Notes under the pieces: model-generated
Told to the model about the DNA's origin: nothing
Database searches by the model: none
What the model saw: only the letters and a program-made list of their open reading frames with translations
Program-made: the position numbers and the translations under genes
Assembly: GCA_036397095.1 (NCBI GenBank)
Contig: DASWJQ010000108.1
Span: 5,385 to 69,384, forward strand
Direction: 5' to 3'
From: Anaerolineales bacterium
GTDB taxonomy: Bacteria; Chloroflexota; Anaerolineae; Anaerolineales; E44-bin32
Length of the DNA: 64,000 bases
Part shown: positions 19,776-28,256 of the stretch, piece by piece
Layout: each line of letters opens with the position of its first letter
How positions within the stretch are numbered: position 1 is the first letter of the stretch

Positions 19776-20477
19776 ATGGCGACCATGCGCATCGAAGATC
19801 TCAACTGGATGGATGTCGAACGTTACCTGGAGCAAGATGATCGTCTGCTCCTGGTGCTTGGTGCCTGCGAGCAGCATGGCTACCTGAGCCTGCAAACCGA
19901 TGTACGCATCCCCCTGGCGCTGGCCGATGCCGCCTCGCAGCGCAGCGGCGCCCTGGTGGCGCCTCCAATCACTTACGGCGTCGCTCCTTGGTACGATAGC
20001 TATCCCGGCAATGTCAGCCTGCGTTTGGCGACCTTTCTGCAGGTCGTCGACGATCTGGTCCGGGCTTTCCACAAACAGGGCTTTCGCCGCTTGCTGGTGA
20101 TCAACGGTCACGGCGGGAACGCACCGGCAAAGGTGCTGTTGGGCGAAGTTGTGAACCAGTTGACCGATTTGCGCCTAGGTTGGATTGAATGGTGGACTTC
20201 ACCAAGTGTCCTCCAACTGGCCGCCAAGCGGGGTTTGGAGCCGACCCACGCCTCGTGGCTCGAGGCCTTTGCTTTTACCAAAGTTGGCGAGCTGCCATCG
20301 GGAGAATCAACCGCGCCGGCGCAGGACAATCGGATTTACTCGGCCGAGGTGGAGCGCGCAAGGACCGGCGTTGGCCCCCTGGGTGGGCCCTATGAGGTCA
20401 GCGACGAAATCCAGGAAGCACTGTTCGAGGCGGCCCTCCGTGACATCCTCGAGGCCATTAAGGCGCTGGATCACTGA
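19776..20477 (+). CDS. creatininase-family amidohydrolase
   Basis: LLLVLGACEQHG, ...YGVAPWY... and LLVINGHGGN are motifs typical of the creatinine amidohydrolase / MftE-like family. Confidence 0.8.
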   Translation: MATMRIEDLNWMDVERYLEQDDRLLLVLGACEQHGYLSLQTDVRIPLALADAASQRSGALVAPPITYGVAPWYDSYPGNVSLRLATFLQVVDDLVRAFHKQGFRRLLVINGHGGNAPAKVLLGEVVNQLTDLRLGWIEWWTSPSVLQLAAKRGLEPTHASWLEAFAFTKVGELPSGESTAPAQDNRIYSAEVERARTGVGPLGGPYEVSDEIQEALFEAALRDILEAIKALDH

Positions 20478-20538
20478 TTGCCAGGGGACGCCGAGGGCGT
20501 ACAATCGCAAGTTGAAAACAGGTTCGAAGGAGCACTAG

Positions 20539-20946
20539 ATGAGGGGCAGAGGCAAGGAAGTGCTAATTGCCAGCCAGGCGCCCAAGGCGCTTGGGCCTTA
20601 TTCGGCCGGGATCCGGTCGAACGGGATGATCTTCACCTCGGGCAATGTCGGCATCGACCCGGCCACCGGCAAGCTGGTAGACGGGGGTATCGAGGCCGAA
20701 ACGCGGCAAGCGCTGGCCAATCTGGCGGCGGTGCTGGCCGCCGGCGGCTCATCGCTTGACCGAGTACTTAAGACAACTGTCTTCCTGGCCAACATGGATG
20801 ACTATGCTGCCATGAACCAGGTATATGCTGAGCATTTTGGGCAGGACCCCCCGGCCCGCTCCGCGGTCCAGGTGGTGCGGCTGCCCGCCGGAGCTCAGGT
20901 GGAGATCGAAGCGATCGCCGTGGTCGAGGAGCGGCTTGGCGACTAG
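20539..20946 (+). CDS. RidA/YjgF-family reactive-intermediate deaminase
   Basis: APKALGPYSAGIRSNGMIFTSGNVGIDPATGKL...PARSAVQVVRLPAGAQVEIEAIA matches this family. Confidence 0.85.
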   Translation: MRGRGKEVLIASQAPKALGPYSAGIRSNGMIFTSGNVGIDPATGKLVDGGIEAETRQALANLAAVLAAGGSSLDRVLKTTVFLANMDDYAAMNQVYAEHFGQDPPARSAVQVVRLPAGAQVEIEAIAVVEERLGD

Positions 20947-20964
20947 CTGTCGGCGGGGCGCACG

Positions 20965-21651
20965 ATGAGCGGCCAGCTGATCCTGCTCGTCGACGACGAG
21001 GCCCACATCCTCGAGTTGTGCCGGCTCTACCTGGAGCGCGACGGGTTCCAGGTGCTGGCGGCCCAAGACGGCGCCGCCGGCTTGGCGCTCTACCAAGACA
21101 AGCACCCCGATTTTCTCGTGCTCGACTTGATGCTGCCCGAGGTCGACGGCTTCGAAGTGTGCCGGCGCATCCGGGCGCAGTCAAGCGTTCCCATCCTTAT
21201 GTTGACGGCGCGCGATGACGACGTCGACAAGATCGTCGGTCTGGAACTCGGGGCCGACGACTATCTGACCAAGCCATTTAACCCGCGAGAACTGGTCGCC
21301 CGTATTAAGACCATCCTGCGCCGCAGCCAGAGTCAGCCGGCCGCAGACGACGGGGAAGAGCCGCGGATGGTCGGGGATGTGCGCCTCGATCCACTGCGGC
21401 GGGAGGTAGAGGTCGGAGGGAAATCGGTTGACCTGCGCACCAAGGAGTTCGATCTGCTGCGGGCGTTCCTCGACCACCCGGGCATCGTGTTGACTCGCGA
21501 GAAGTTGCTCGAACTGGTCTGGGGCTACGATTATTATGGGCAAACGCGCACCGTTGACGTGCACGTTGCTCACCTGCGCAAGCATCTGGCCGGCTCGGCC
21601 AATGTTCGCCTAGAAACGGTGACCGGCGTCGGCTACAAGCTGGTCGCCTGA
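20965..21651 (+). CDS. OmpR-family response regulator
   Basis: It has a REC domain (LLVDDE...DFLVLDLMLPEVDG...KPF) and a winged-helix C-terminus (RTVDVHVAHLRKHL...GVGYKL). Confidence 0.9.
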   Translation: MSGQLILLVDDEAHILELCRLYLERDGFQVLAAQDGAAGLALYQDKHPDFLVLDLMLPEVDGFEVCRRIRAQSSVPILMLTARDDDVDKIVGLELGADDYLTKPFNPRELVARIKTILRRSQSQPAADDGEEPRMVGDVRLDPLRREVEVGGKSVDLRTKEFDLLRAFLDHPGIVLTREKLLELVWGYDYYGQTRTVDVHVAHLRKHLAGSANVRLETVTGVGYKLVA

Positions 21652-21652
21652 C

Positions 21653-23080
21653 TTGATGCTGCGCTCCTTGCACTTGCGCCTGTTGCTTTCCCACCTGCTG
21701 GTTGGCGGGCTGGTCCTCTTGCTCCTGGGTGTCAGCTTCCTGGTGCTGGTCAGCGGCGAGCGAACCGCTGACCGCCTGGTTTTCGAGCGACTCGACACGA
21801 TCGCTCGCGTCGCCACGGCGCAGGAACGGCTCCGTGCTTCGACCGACGACGTGCCGATCCAACGGCTACTTCCCATTCTGGGCCGCGTGATTGGCGCCCA
21901 GGCGTTGCTGGTCAACGAACGCGGTCAACCAACGTTGGATCCGGCCAGCGGCACACCGTTGCCCCCGCTGGCGACCGTCGTGGAGGCGCTGGAAGCGCCC
22001 GAACAAGCGGCCGCCTTCACTGCCGACGACGGCTCCCGCTGGTTGGTGGTTGCTCGTGAATTGGGACCTAGACGCACGCTGGTCGTCCTGGCGCCCCGGC
22101 CTACGATCCGCACACTGGCCCTGATTCTGCAGGACACCGTCGGTCCTCTGTGGCAGGCCGGATTGGTGGCATTGCTGGCCTCCGTGGTGCTGGCCGCCTT
22201 GCTGGCCCGCTGGATTGCGGCACCGCTGCAGCGGGCCGCTGCCGCCGCCGGCCGGGTGGCAGCCGGCGATTACGAGCAGCGCCTCGATCCCGCCGGCCCC
22301 GAAGAAACACGCCGATTGGCTGGCGCTTTCAACCAGATGGTCCAGCAGGTCCGCCTCAGTCGGCAAGCGCAGCGCGACTTCGTTGCCAACGTTTCCCATG
22401 AACTTAAGACCCCTTTGACCTCGATCCAGGGGTTCGGCCAGGCGATCGCCGATGGCACGGCGCGAGGCGGCGAATCGCTGGAGCGGGCGGGGCAGGTCAT
22501 CGTCCAGGAGGCGGCCAGGCTTGGGCGTCTGGTGGATGATCTGCTGGCCCTGACGCGCTTCGACGCGGGTCAGGCCATGATCGATCGGAGGTTGATCGAT
22601 CCGGCCACAGTCCTGGCGGCGGCGCACGAACGCATGCAGATTGCCGCCGCCGAACAGGGCGTGGAGCTTAGCCTGACAGCCAAGCCGCTGCCCCCCTTGC
22701 CGGCCGACCCCGACCGTTTGCTGCAGGTCATGACCAACCTGATCGCAAACGCCATCCAGCACACAGCCCGCGGCGGGCGGATTCTGGTAGCTGGCCAGGC
22801 CGATGCCGAATGGCTGCGGCTGACCGTCGAGGACAACGGACCGGGGATCGCCCCCGAGCATCTGCCGCGCATCTTCGAGCGTTTCTACCGGGCAGACCCA
22901 GCCCGGCCGGCGGCAGCCGGCCGCGGGTCGGGCCTGGGGCTGGCCATCGCCGAAGAGATCGTTCGTGCCCACGGTGGACGGGTTGACGTCTGGAGCCAAC
23001 CGGGTGTCGGCAGCCGCTTTACGGTGGTGCTGCCGTTGGCGCCGGAGGCGGCCTCCACGATCTCGGCCAGACGCCGGTGA
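21653..23080 (+). CDS. sensor histidine kinase (TM-HAMP-HisKA-HATPase)
   Basis: H-box FVANVSHELKTPLTSI, N-box LTNLIANAIQHT, G-boxes DNGPGI and GSGLGLAI. The start is TTG 21653 or ATG 21656, directly after the regulator stop. Confidence 0.85.
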   Translation: MMLRSLHLRLLLSHLLVGGLVLLLLGVSFLVLVSGERTADRLVFERLDTIARVATAQERLRASTDDVPIQRLLPILGRVIGAQALLVNERGQPTLDPASGTPLPPLATVVEALEAPEQAAAFTADDGSRWLVVARELGPRRTLVVLAPRPTIRTLALILQDTVGPLWQAGLVALLASVVLAALLARWIAAPLQRAAAAAGRVAAGDYEQRLDPAGPEETRRLAGAFNQMVQQVRLSRQAQRDFVANVSHELKTPLTSIQGFGQAIADGTARGGESLERAGQVIVQEAARLGRLVDDLLALTRFDAGQAMIDRRLIDPATVLAAAHERMQIAAAEQGVELSLTAKPLPPLPADPDRLLQVMTNLIANAIQHTARGGRILVAGQADAEWLRLTVEDNGPGIAPEHLPRIFERFYRADPARPAAAGRGSGLGLAIAEEIVRAHGGRVDVWSQPGVGSRFTVVLPLAPEAASTISARRR

Positions 23081-23117
23081 TATAATCCGCCGATCTTTTC
23101 GCCGCCAGGAGGATTGG

Positions 23118-25154
23118 ATGGAAGCCGAAAGCCGGCCAGGCTGGCTTTGGTTGGTGCTGGCCCTGATCGTCACGTTGTTTTGCTGTCTGTGTGTGCTTGT
23201 CATTGTTGGCGGCGCCTCGTTCCTGGTAGTTCGGTCTGCCGACGGCGGAATGGATCCATCGCCCGTTCAAGAAGAGACCCAGTCTGTGCCGACGCCGGTG
23301 CGGCCGCCGGATGGCAGCAACCAGATCCCGGACGAGGCCTTCGAAACGCTCCAGGCCTTACGCGACACGTTCGTGCCGATTGCCGATCCGATCGACTTGG
23401 CCCAGCGCCTGACCGGTCTACCCGAGATCTCCCGCACTGTCAGCGACAGCGCCGAGCCGATCGAAACCGGTGCGATTAAGACCTTCTGGGCGTCCGATGT
23501 CGACACCAATGAGAATTTCCAACTGGACGCCGAGCTGACATATGCCACCGATCACGTCTACTTCTGGGTTGAACAGGGGGTTGACGTCAATCTCAACGAA
23601 GTCCGCGATCTGGTGGACACTTTCGAGGATGAGATCTACCCGACCAATCGAGCGTTCTTCGGTTCGGAGTGGAGCCCCGGCGTTGATGGGGACGAGCATT
23701 TGTACATCCTTTTTGCCCGCGGCCTGGGGTTTTCGATCGCCGGCTATTTCGCCTCGAATGACTCCTATCCGCCGGCCGTGCATGAATTCTCCAACGGCCA
23801 TGAAATGTTCTATCTCAGCGCCGACAATCTTGATCTGACCGATGAGTTCACCTACGGCGTGTTGGCCCATGAGTTCCAGCACATGATCCACTGGAACCTG
23901 GACCGCAACGAAGAGACCTGGATGAACGAAGGTTTCGCCGAAGTGGCCGCCCTGCTCAACGAATACGACGTAGGCGGTTTCGACTTTGCCTACGCCAGCC
24001 GCCCCGACCAGATTCTGACCTACTGGCCGTCTGAGCCGGGGACGGCCGGGGGGCACTACGGTCAGGCGTTCCTGTTCTTGGCCTATTACCTGCAGCGGTT
24101 CGGACCGGAAGCAACCCAGGCCCTGGTCGCCAATCCGGAGAATGGGCTCGACTCGATCGATGGCGCCCTGGCCGAGTTGGGTGAACTGGACGAGAACACG
24201 GGAGCCCTGCTGACAGCCGATGATGTTTATCGTGACTGGGCGGTGGCGATGGTGCTGCAAGAGCCGGCGCACGCCGACGGTCGTTATGCCATCAGCATCT
24301 ACAATGGTGCGCCCCGCGCCAACCTGAGTGACGAATTCACCTCTTGTCCGGTGTCGCCGGAGCAGCGGGCCGTCTTCCCCTACGGGGTTGACTACGTTCG
24401 CATCCGCTGCGATGCGCCGCACCGGGTGGTGTTCGAAGGGGCCAACCTGACCCAGGTGGTGCCGGCGGATCCTCATTCCGGCGATTACGCATTCTGGTCC
24501 AACCGTGGCGACGAGTCCGACATGACGTTGACCCGGGCCTTCGACCTGACCGGGGCAAGTGGCGACGTGGTCCTGGACTACTGGGTTTGGTACGACATCG
24601 AAGAGGGTTGGGACTACCTGTATCTCGAGGTGTCGGCCGATGGCGGAGAGACCTGGGAAATCCTGAGGACACCGTCGGGCACGGACGACGATCCGTCCGG
24701 CAATTCGTTCGGTTGGGCGTACACGGCCACCAGCGGCGGGAGCTCCCGGGCCGAATGGATCCAGGAGTCGATCGATCTTTCCGACTATGCCGGCCAGGAG
24801 ATCTTGCTGCGTTTCGAGTATGTGACCGATGCCGCCGTCAACGGCGAAGGTCTGCTGCTTGACGATGTGTCGATTGACGCCATCGGCTACGCCGAGGATT
24901 TCGAAGACGGCGAAGGTGATTGGCAAGCCGCCGGCTTCGCCCGGATCTACAACCGGCTGCCGCAGACGTACCGGTTGGCGTTGATCGAGCGCGGGGATGA
25001 TCTGCGGGTGACCGAGGTGCCGTTGAGCGAGGATGGCCGGGCAGTGGTCGATCTGCCCTTCGGCGCGTCGGTTGACGAGTTCACGCTGGTCATCATCAAC
25101 ACCGCCCGCCACACCTGGCAGGCGGCACCCTACACCCTGACTATCGAACCCTGA
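23118..25154 (+). CDS. membrane-anchored zinc metallopeptidase (MA-clan gluzincin, M1-like motif)
   Basis: Start moved to ATG 23118 (CCAGGAGGA RBS). It has an N-terminal TM helix (WLWLVLALIVTLFCCLCVLVIVGG), HEFQH...WMNEGFAE (HEXXH plus NEGFA glutamate) and a C-terminal beta-rich region (DYWVWYDIEEGWDYLYLEVSADGGETW). Confidence 0.7.
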   Translation: MEAESRPGWLWLVLALIVTLFCCLCVLVIVGGASFLVVRSADGGMDPSPVQEETQSVPTPVRPPDGSNQIPDEAFETLQALRDTFVPIADPIDLAQRLTGLPEISRTVSDSAEPIETGAIKTFWASDVDTNENFQLDAELTYATDHVYFWVEQGVDVNLNEVRDLVDTFEDEIYPTNRAFFGSEWSPGVDGDEHLYILFARGLGFSIAGYFASNDSYPPAVHEFSNGHEMFYLSADNLDLTDEFTYGVLAHEFQHMIHWNLDRNEETWMNEGFAEVAALLNEYDVGGFDFAYASRPDQILTYWPSEPGTAGGHYGQAFLFLAYYLQRFGPEATQALVANPENGLDSIDGALAELGELDENTGALLTADDVYRDWAVAMVLQEPAHADGRYAISIYNGAPRANLSDEFTSCPVSPEQRAVFPYGVDYVRIRCDAPHRVVFEGANLTQVVPADPHSGDYAFWSNRGDESDMTLTRAFDLTGASGDVVLDYWVWYDIEEGWDYLYLEVSADGGETWEILRTPSGTDDDPSGNSFGWAYTATSGGSSRAEWIQESIDLSDYAGQEILLRFEYVTDAAVNGEGLLLDDVSIDAIGYAEDFEDGEGDWQAAGFARIYNRLPQTYRLALIERGDDLRVTEVPLSEDGRAVVDLPFGASVDEFTLVIINTARHTWQAAPYTLTIEP

Positions 25155-25183
25155 GTCTAGTGACTTTAGCGCAGTAGGCGAGA

Positions 25184-25211
25184 AAAGGGCTGCCCCACGG
25201 GGCACCCCTTT
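25184..25211 (+). terminator. candidate intrinsic terminator of the metallopeptidase gene
   Basis: AAAGGG-C-TGCCCC..GGGGCA-C-CCCTTT hairpin whose 3' arm ends in a short T-run (25209-25211). Confidence 0.45.
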
Positions 25212-25316
25212 CGATTCTCAACTGGTGCGCCCCAGGCAGAAGTTCAGCCAGACGTAGTCTCCGATGGGCGTAGATTCTTGAGTATCGCACCCAGACTGGG
25301 ACAGAGCCGTGAACAA

Positions 25317-25346
25317 TGTAGGGACGTTGTATACAACGTCCCTACA
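25317..25346. repeat. perfect 30-nt palindrome (REP-like hairpin) between convergent genes
   Basis: TGTAGGGACGTTGTATACAACGTCCCTACA is its own reverse complement. It shares the GTAGGGrCG arm start with the palindrome at 31072. Confidence 0.8.
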
Positions 25347-25445
25347 CAGGCTACGCATTCATTGATCGCCGAGGATGAAAGAGGAATCCCGCAATCCCTG
25401 CGCGGTCCTTGCGTGTGCCCCCTGCGCTAACGGCAGAGTTTGGGC

Positions 25446-25661
25446 TCAGCCCTCGCCTTGTCGCATGGACTCCAACTCGGCTTCCAACTGGGCGCGCCGC
25501 ATGCGGTACGCGTCACTCATCTCATCCCGTAGGGAGCCAAGACGGCTGGTAGCCCGCTGGCGCAGTTGGTCACCGGAGGCCGGGGTAATCAGCAGGGCGA
25601 CCACCGAGCCGGCCAATGCGCCGCAAAAGGCGCCCGCGACGAAATTCATGAATCGGCGCAT
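25446..25661 (-). CDS. YtxH-domain small membrane-associated protein
   Basis: It has an N-terminal hydrophobic helix (FVAGAFCGALAGSVVALLITPASG) followed by a charged coiled segment, the typical YtxH layout. Confidence 0.7.
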   Translation of the reverse strand: MRRFMNFVAGAFCGALAGSVVALLITPASGDQLRQRATSRLGSLRDEMSDAYRMRRAQLEAELESMRQGEG

Positions 25662-25769
25662 AGTTCACCTCCTCTTTCCCTTCCATTATCCCATAGGTCG
25701 CGCCTGGGCCTGACTGTGACAGGTCATGGCCTGGGGTACACTCGGGGCAACGAGCTATAGGAGGCAGAC

Positions 25770-26021
25770 GTGTTGATCAGCATCGCGATTGAATACTGCG
25801 CGGTTTGACACTACGCCGACAGAGCCATCGGTCGGATGGCAGAGCTATTGAAGGCGTACGAAACAAAGATCGAGAAGATTGCACTAGTTCCCTCGGAAGG
25901 CGGCCGCTTCGAGGTGACGGTCAATGGACAACTTCTATACTCGAAGCTTGAGACCGGTCGACACCTGGAAGACGGAGAGATCGTCGAAATCGTTGGCCGC
26001 CACCTGGACGAGCAGGGCTGA
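25770..26021 (+). CDS. SelW/Rdx-family (SelW-like) selenoprotein candidate; in-frame TGA (25806-25808) read as Sec
   Basis: The ORF track gives only the C-terminal 61 aa. The same frame is open upstream to GTG 25770, with AGGAGG at 25759-25764 (5-nt spacer). It reads MLISIAIEYCAV-TGA-HYADRAIGRMAELL..., the Rdx CxxU redox motif in the right place. Downstream, GGRFEVTVNGQLLYSKLETGRH is the family core. Confidence 0.7.
25824..25840 (+). promoter_or_regulatory. candidate bacterial SECIS hairpin
   Basis: GCCATC-GGTCG-GATGGC is a 6-bp stem with a G/U-containing apical loop. It starts 15 nt after the TGA. It was folded by eye only. Confidence 0.4.
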
Positions 26022-26063
26022 GTTGGCCGCTTCAAGGGCCGCCCACTTGTAGTCGGGAGCACC

Positions 26064-26513
26064 ATGCGGGTATTGCTGCAGCGGGTGCAAGCCGGCCGCG
26101 TCTCGGTCACGGGTGAGATGATTGCCGCCATCGAAAAGGGCCTGGTCTTGCTCGTTGGTGTAGTGCACGGCGACGGGCCGGAACAAGCCAAGTGGCTGGC
26201 GGCCAAGTGCGCCGGCTTGCGGGTGTTCGAGGACGAAGCCGGCAAGATCAACCTGTCCGTGCTCGACATCGGTGGCCAGGCCCTGGTTGTATCCCAGTTC
26301 ACGCTCTATGCCGATGTGCGCAAGGGCCGCCGGCCTAGCTTTACTGACGCCGCCGAGCCGGAATTGGCGGAACGACTGGTCGGGGAGTTCGCCCACGCGC
26401 TGGCGGCCGAGGGGGTCCCAACGCAAACCGGGCAATTCGCGGCCCACATGCTGGTGGAAATCCAAAATGATGGGCCGGTGACGATTCTGCTTGAGCGAAG
26501 CTCAGACTCCTAA
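26064..26513 (+). CDS. dtd: D-aminoacyl-tRNA deacylase
   Basis: MRVLLQRV...GLVLLVGV...VSQFTLYADVRKGRRPSF...NDGPVTILLE are canonical Dtd motifs. Confidence 0.9.
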   Translation: MRVLLQRVQAGRVSVTGEMIAAIEKGLVLLVGVVHGDGPEQAKWLAAKCAGLRVFEDEAGKINLSVLDIGGQALVVSQFTLYADVRKGRRPSFTDAAEPELAERLVGEFAHALAAEGVPTQTGQFAAHMLVEIQNDGPVTILLERSSDS

Positions 26514-26539
26514 AGCAATCAGATAGGGCTACACAAGAC

Positions 26540-26566
26540 AACAGCGCGCCGTGAGGGGCGCTGTTT
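26540..26566. terminator. hairpin between convergent dtd and membrane-protein genes
   Basis: AACAGCGC..GCGCTGTT stem followed by a short T-run. Confidence 0.4.
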
Positions 26567-26590
26567 GGATTCGGTGAAGGCTGGGATGGG

Positions 26591-27337
26591 TCAGCCGGCA
26601 CCGGCTTGGCCGACGACAGGCAGCGGTGCAGCCTCCTCGGACGGGGCGGGCCGGCCGGCAATGACGAAGCCGGCGAACATCAACACTGCCGCGACCAATT
26701 CACCGACATACAGGTAGGAGCCGATGCCGAAGCGGGTGAGCGAAGAGGCGAATCCAATGGAGAGGGCGCCGGCGGCGATGAGCACGTTCCCGACGACCCG
26801 GTTGGGCATAACACGTTTACGCCAAAACAGGAATGACGACCAGAGTGCACCCCCAACCAGCGTGACCAGGCCGTAGATGTTGAAGAACGGCGTGGTCAGG
26901 CGCACGGTGGCGCCATCGCTGATGGCCGGCATGATCTCCCGATATTGCTCGGAAATGGCCACGCCAGGTGTGAATGCTGCCTCGTTAAGATCAGGCATGA
27001 TCTGCAGCATCATCACGGTCGCGACCAGGCTGCCGACGACCAGGATGGCGGTGATCACGTGCACCCATCGCTTGCGGAACAACAGATAGACCGTGCCATG
27101 GCCGATCCAGCCGGCGTTGAGGGCGGCGCCGAAGAGGTACCAACTGAAGAAGACCCACCGGTTCCAATTCAGGGCCAGAAAGGCCTCGGCAAAGCTGCCG
27201 GTGCCGAACATCGCCAGGCCCAACCCCCAGAACAGGAAATGCGGCTTGCGGCGGATGGCGTATTTCTGCAACACCCAGATGGTGAAACCGGCCATGATGG
27301 CGGTCGAAAGGAACGGCAAGATCAGATTCAGGCTCAT
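26591..27337 (-). CDS. polytopic membrane protein of unknown function
   Basis: 248 aa with about 7 hydrophobic segments. I recognise no family motif. Confidence 0.6.
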   Translation of the reverse strand: MSLNLILPFLSTAIMAGFTIWVLQKYAIRRKPHFLFWGLGLAMFGTGSFAEAFLALNWNRWVFFSWYLFGAALNAGWIGHGTVYLLFRKRWVHVITAILVVGSLVATVMMLQIMPDLNEAAFTPGVAISEQYREIMPAISDGATVRLTTPFFNIYGLVTLVGGALWSSFLFWRKRVMPNRVVGNVLIAAGALSIGFASSLTRFGIGSYLYVGELVAAVLMFAGFVIAGRPAPSEEAAPLPVVGQAGAG

Positions 27338-27364
27338 CTCTCTCTCCAGGGCTCGGCTACACGC

Positions 27365-27538
27365 TTATTGAAATGGGATGAAACCCAGCAGGATGCCGGC
27401 GGCGAAAACGATCAAACCTACGGTAATGATCCCCAGTACGACCAGCAGGGCCGGCACGACGCGTTCAAAGAATGCCGAGTCGGCAGGCATGCGGTTGCTG
27501 CCGGGTCGGGGATCCGGCTTGTCGGGTTGATCGGTCAT
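27365..27538 (-). CDS. small single-TM protein (57 aa), not in the ORF track
   Basis: Hand translation gives MTDQPDKPDPRPGSNRMPADSAFFERVVPALLVVLGIITVGLIVFAAGILLGFIPFQ*. Its ATG overlaps the stop of the upstream HTH gene (ATGA at 27535-27538). Its codon usage is GC3-rich like the neighbours. Confidence 0.45.
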   Translation of the reverse strand: MTDQPDKPDPRPGSNRMPADSAFFERVVPALLVVLGIITVGLIVFAAGILLGFIPFQ

Positions 27539-28173
27539 TTGCTGCCTTCGGCCTGCTTGTAGGCGTCGACCACAGCCAATTGAAGTGCGTTCATCACCGG
27601 GTTAAGGCGGCGCAGCAGGCGCACGTTGTGTTCGGGCCGAACGGGTACCTCGGCGGGTAGCTCGAAGGTGGTCTCGACCAGGTTGTCGCGAAAGAACATG
27701 GCGATCTCCATGGCTTGTTTGAGATTTAGACCCGCTTGCTGTGCTGTGGCGGCGTACCCCTGGCCCAATTGGCCAACCTCGTGGAGCAGTTCGTCGCCGC
27801 CCTCTGGCAGGGATACATAACGCAGGACTAGGGCCAGCAAGCGACGGCCGAGCTCCCGCCCGCGCTGCCGGTCATGTTCGCCAAAGGCAGTCAACCAGGC
27901 CGGAGTGGTGCTGGCGCTGATCTGCGTGCGGGTGTTGGCCAATGCATGCTGGGCCCAGACGGTCGGCAGTTCGGCGCCCGTCGGTTGGCGTCCCTCGTCC
28001 GCCATCCGATCCAGGTCGGCAGCCGCAAAGCGCCGATGCCCCCCGGGCGTGACCATCGCCGGCAGATTGCCGTCGTCGGCCCAACGGCGGATCGTCGAAG
28101 GATGGACGCCGAGCCGTTCGGCGGCCTGAGTCGTTGTCAGCCAGTCTGGCTTAGGGAGAGAAGTGCCCTGCAT
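27535..28173 (-). CDS. MerR/excisionase-type HTH DNA-binding protein with helical C-terminal domain
   Basis: Start moved to ATG 28173. WLTTTQAAERLGVHPSTIRRWADDGNLPAMVTPGGHRRF is an HTH_17/MerR-superfamily motif. Confidence 0.7.
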   Translation of the reverse strand: MQGTSLPKPDWLTTTQAAERLGVHPSTIRRWADDGNLPAMVTPGGHRRFAAADLDRMADEGRQPTGAELPTVWAQHALANTRTQISASTTPAWLTAFGEHDRQRGRELGRRLLALVLRYVSLPEGGDELLHEVGQLGQGYAATAQQAGLNLKQAMEIAMFFRDNLVETTFELPAEVPVRPEHNVRLLRRLNPVMNALQLAVVDAYKQAEGSK

Positions 28174-28256
28174 TGGCGTTCCATACGGGATCGGGCCATT
28201 ATATCTATGTAAATATACACAAATCTGTATCAACTGGCAAGGCAGGGCTGGGGAGG

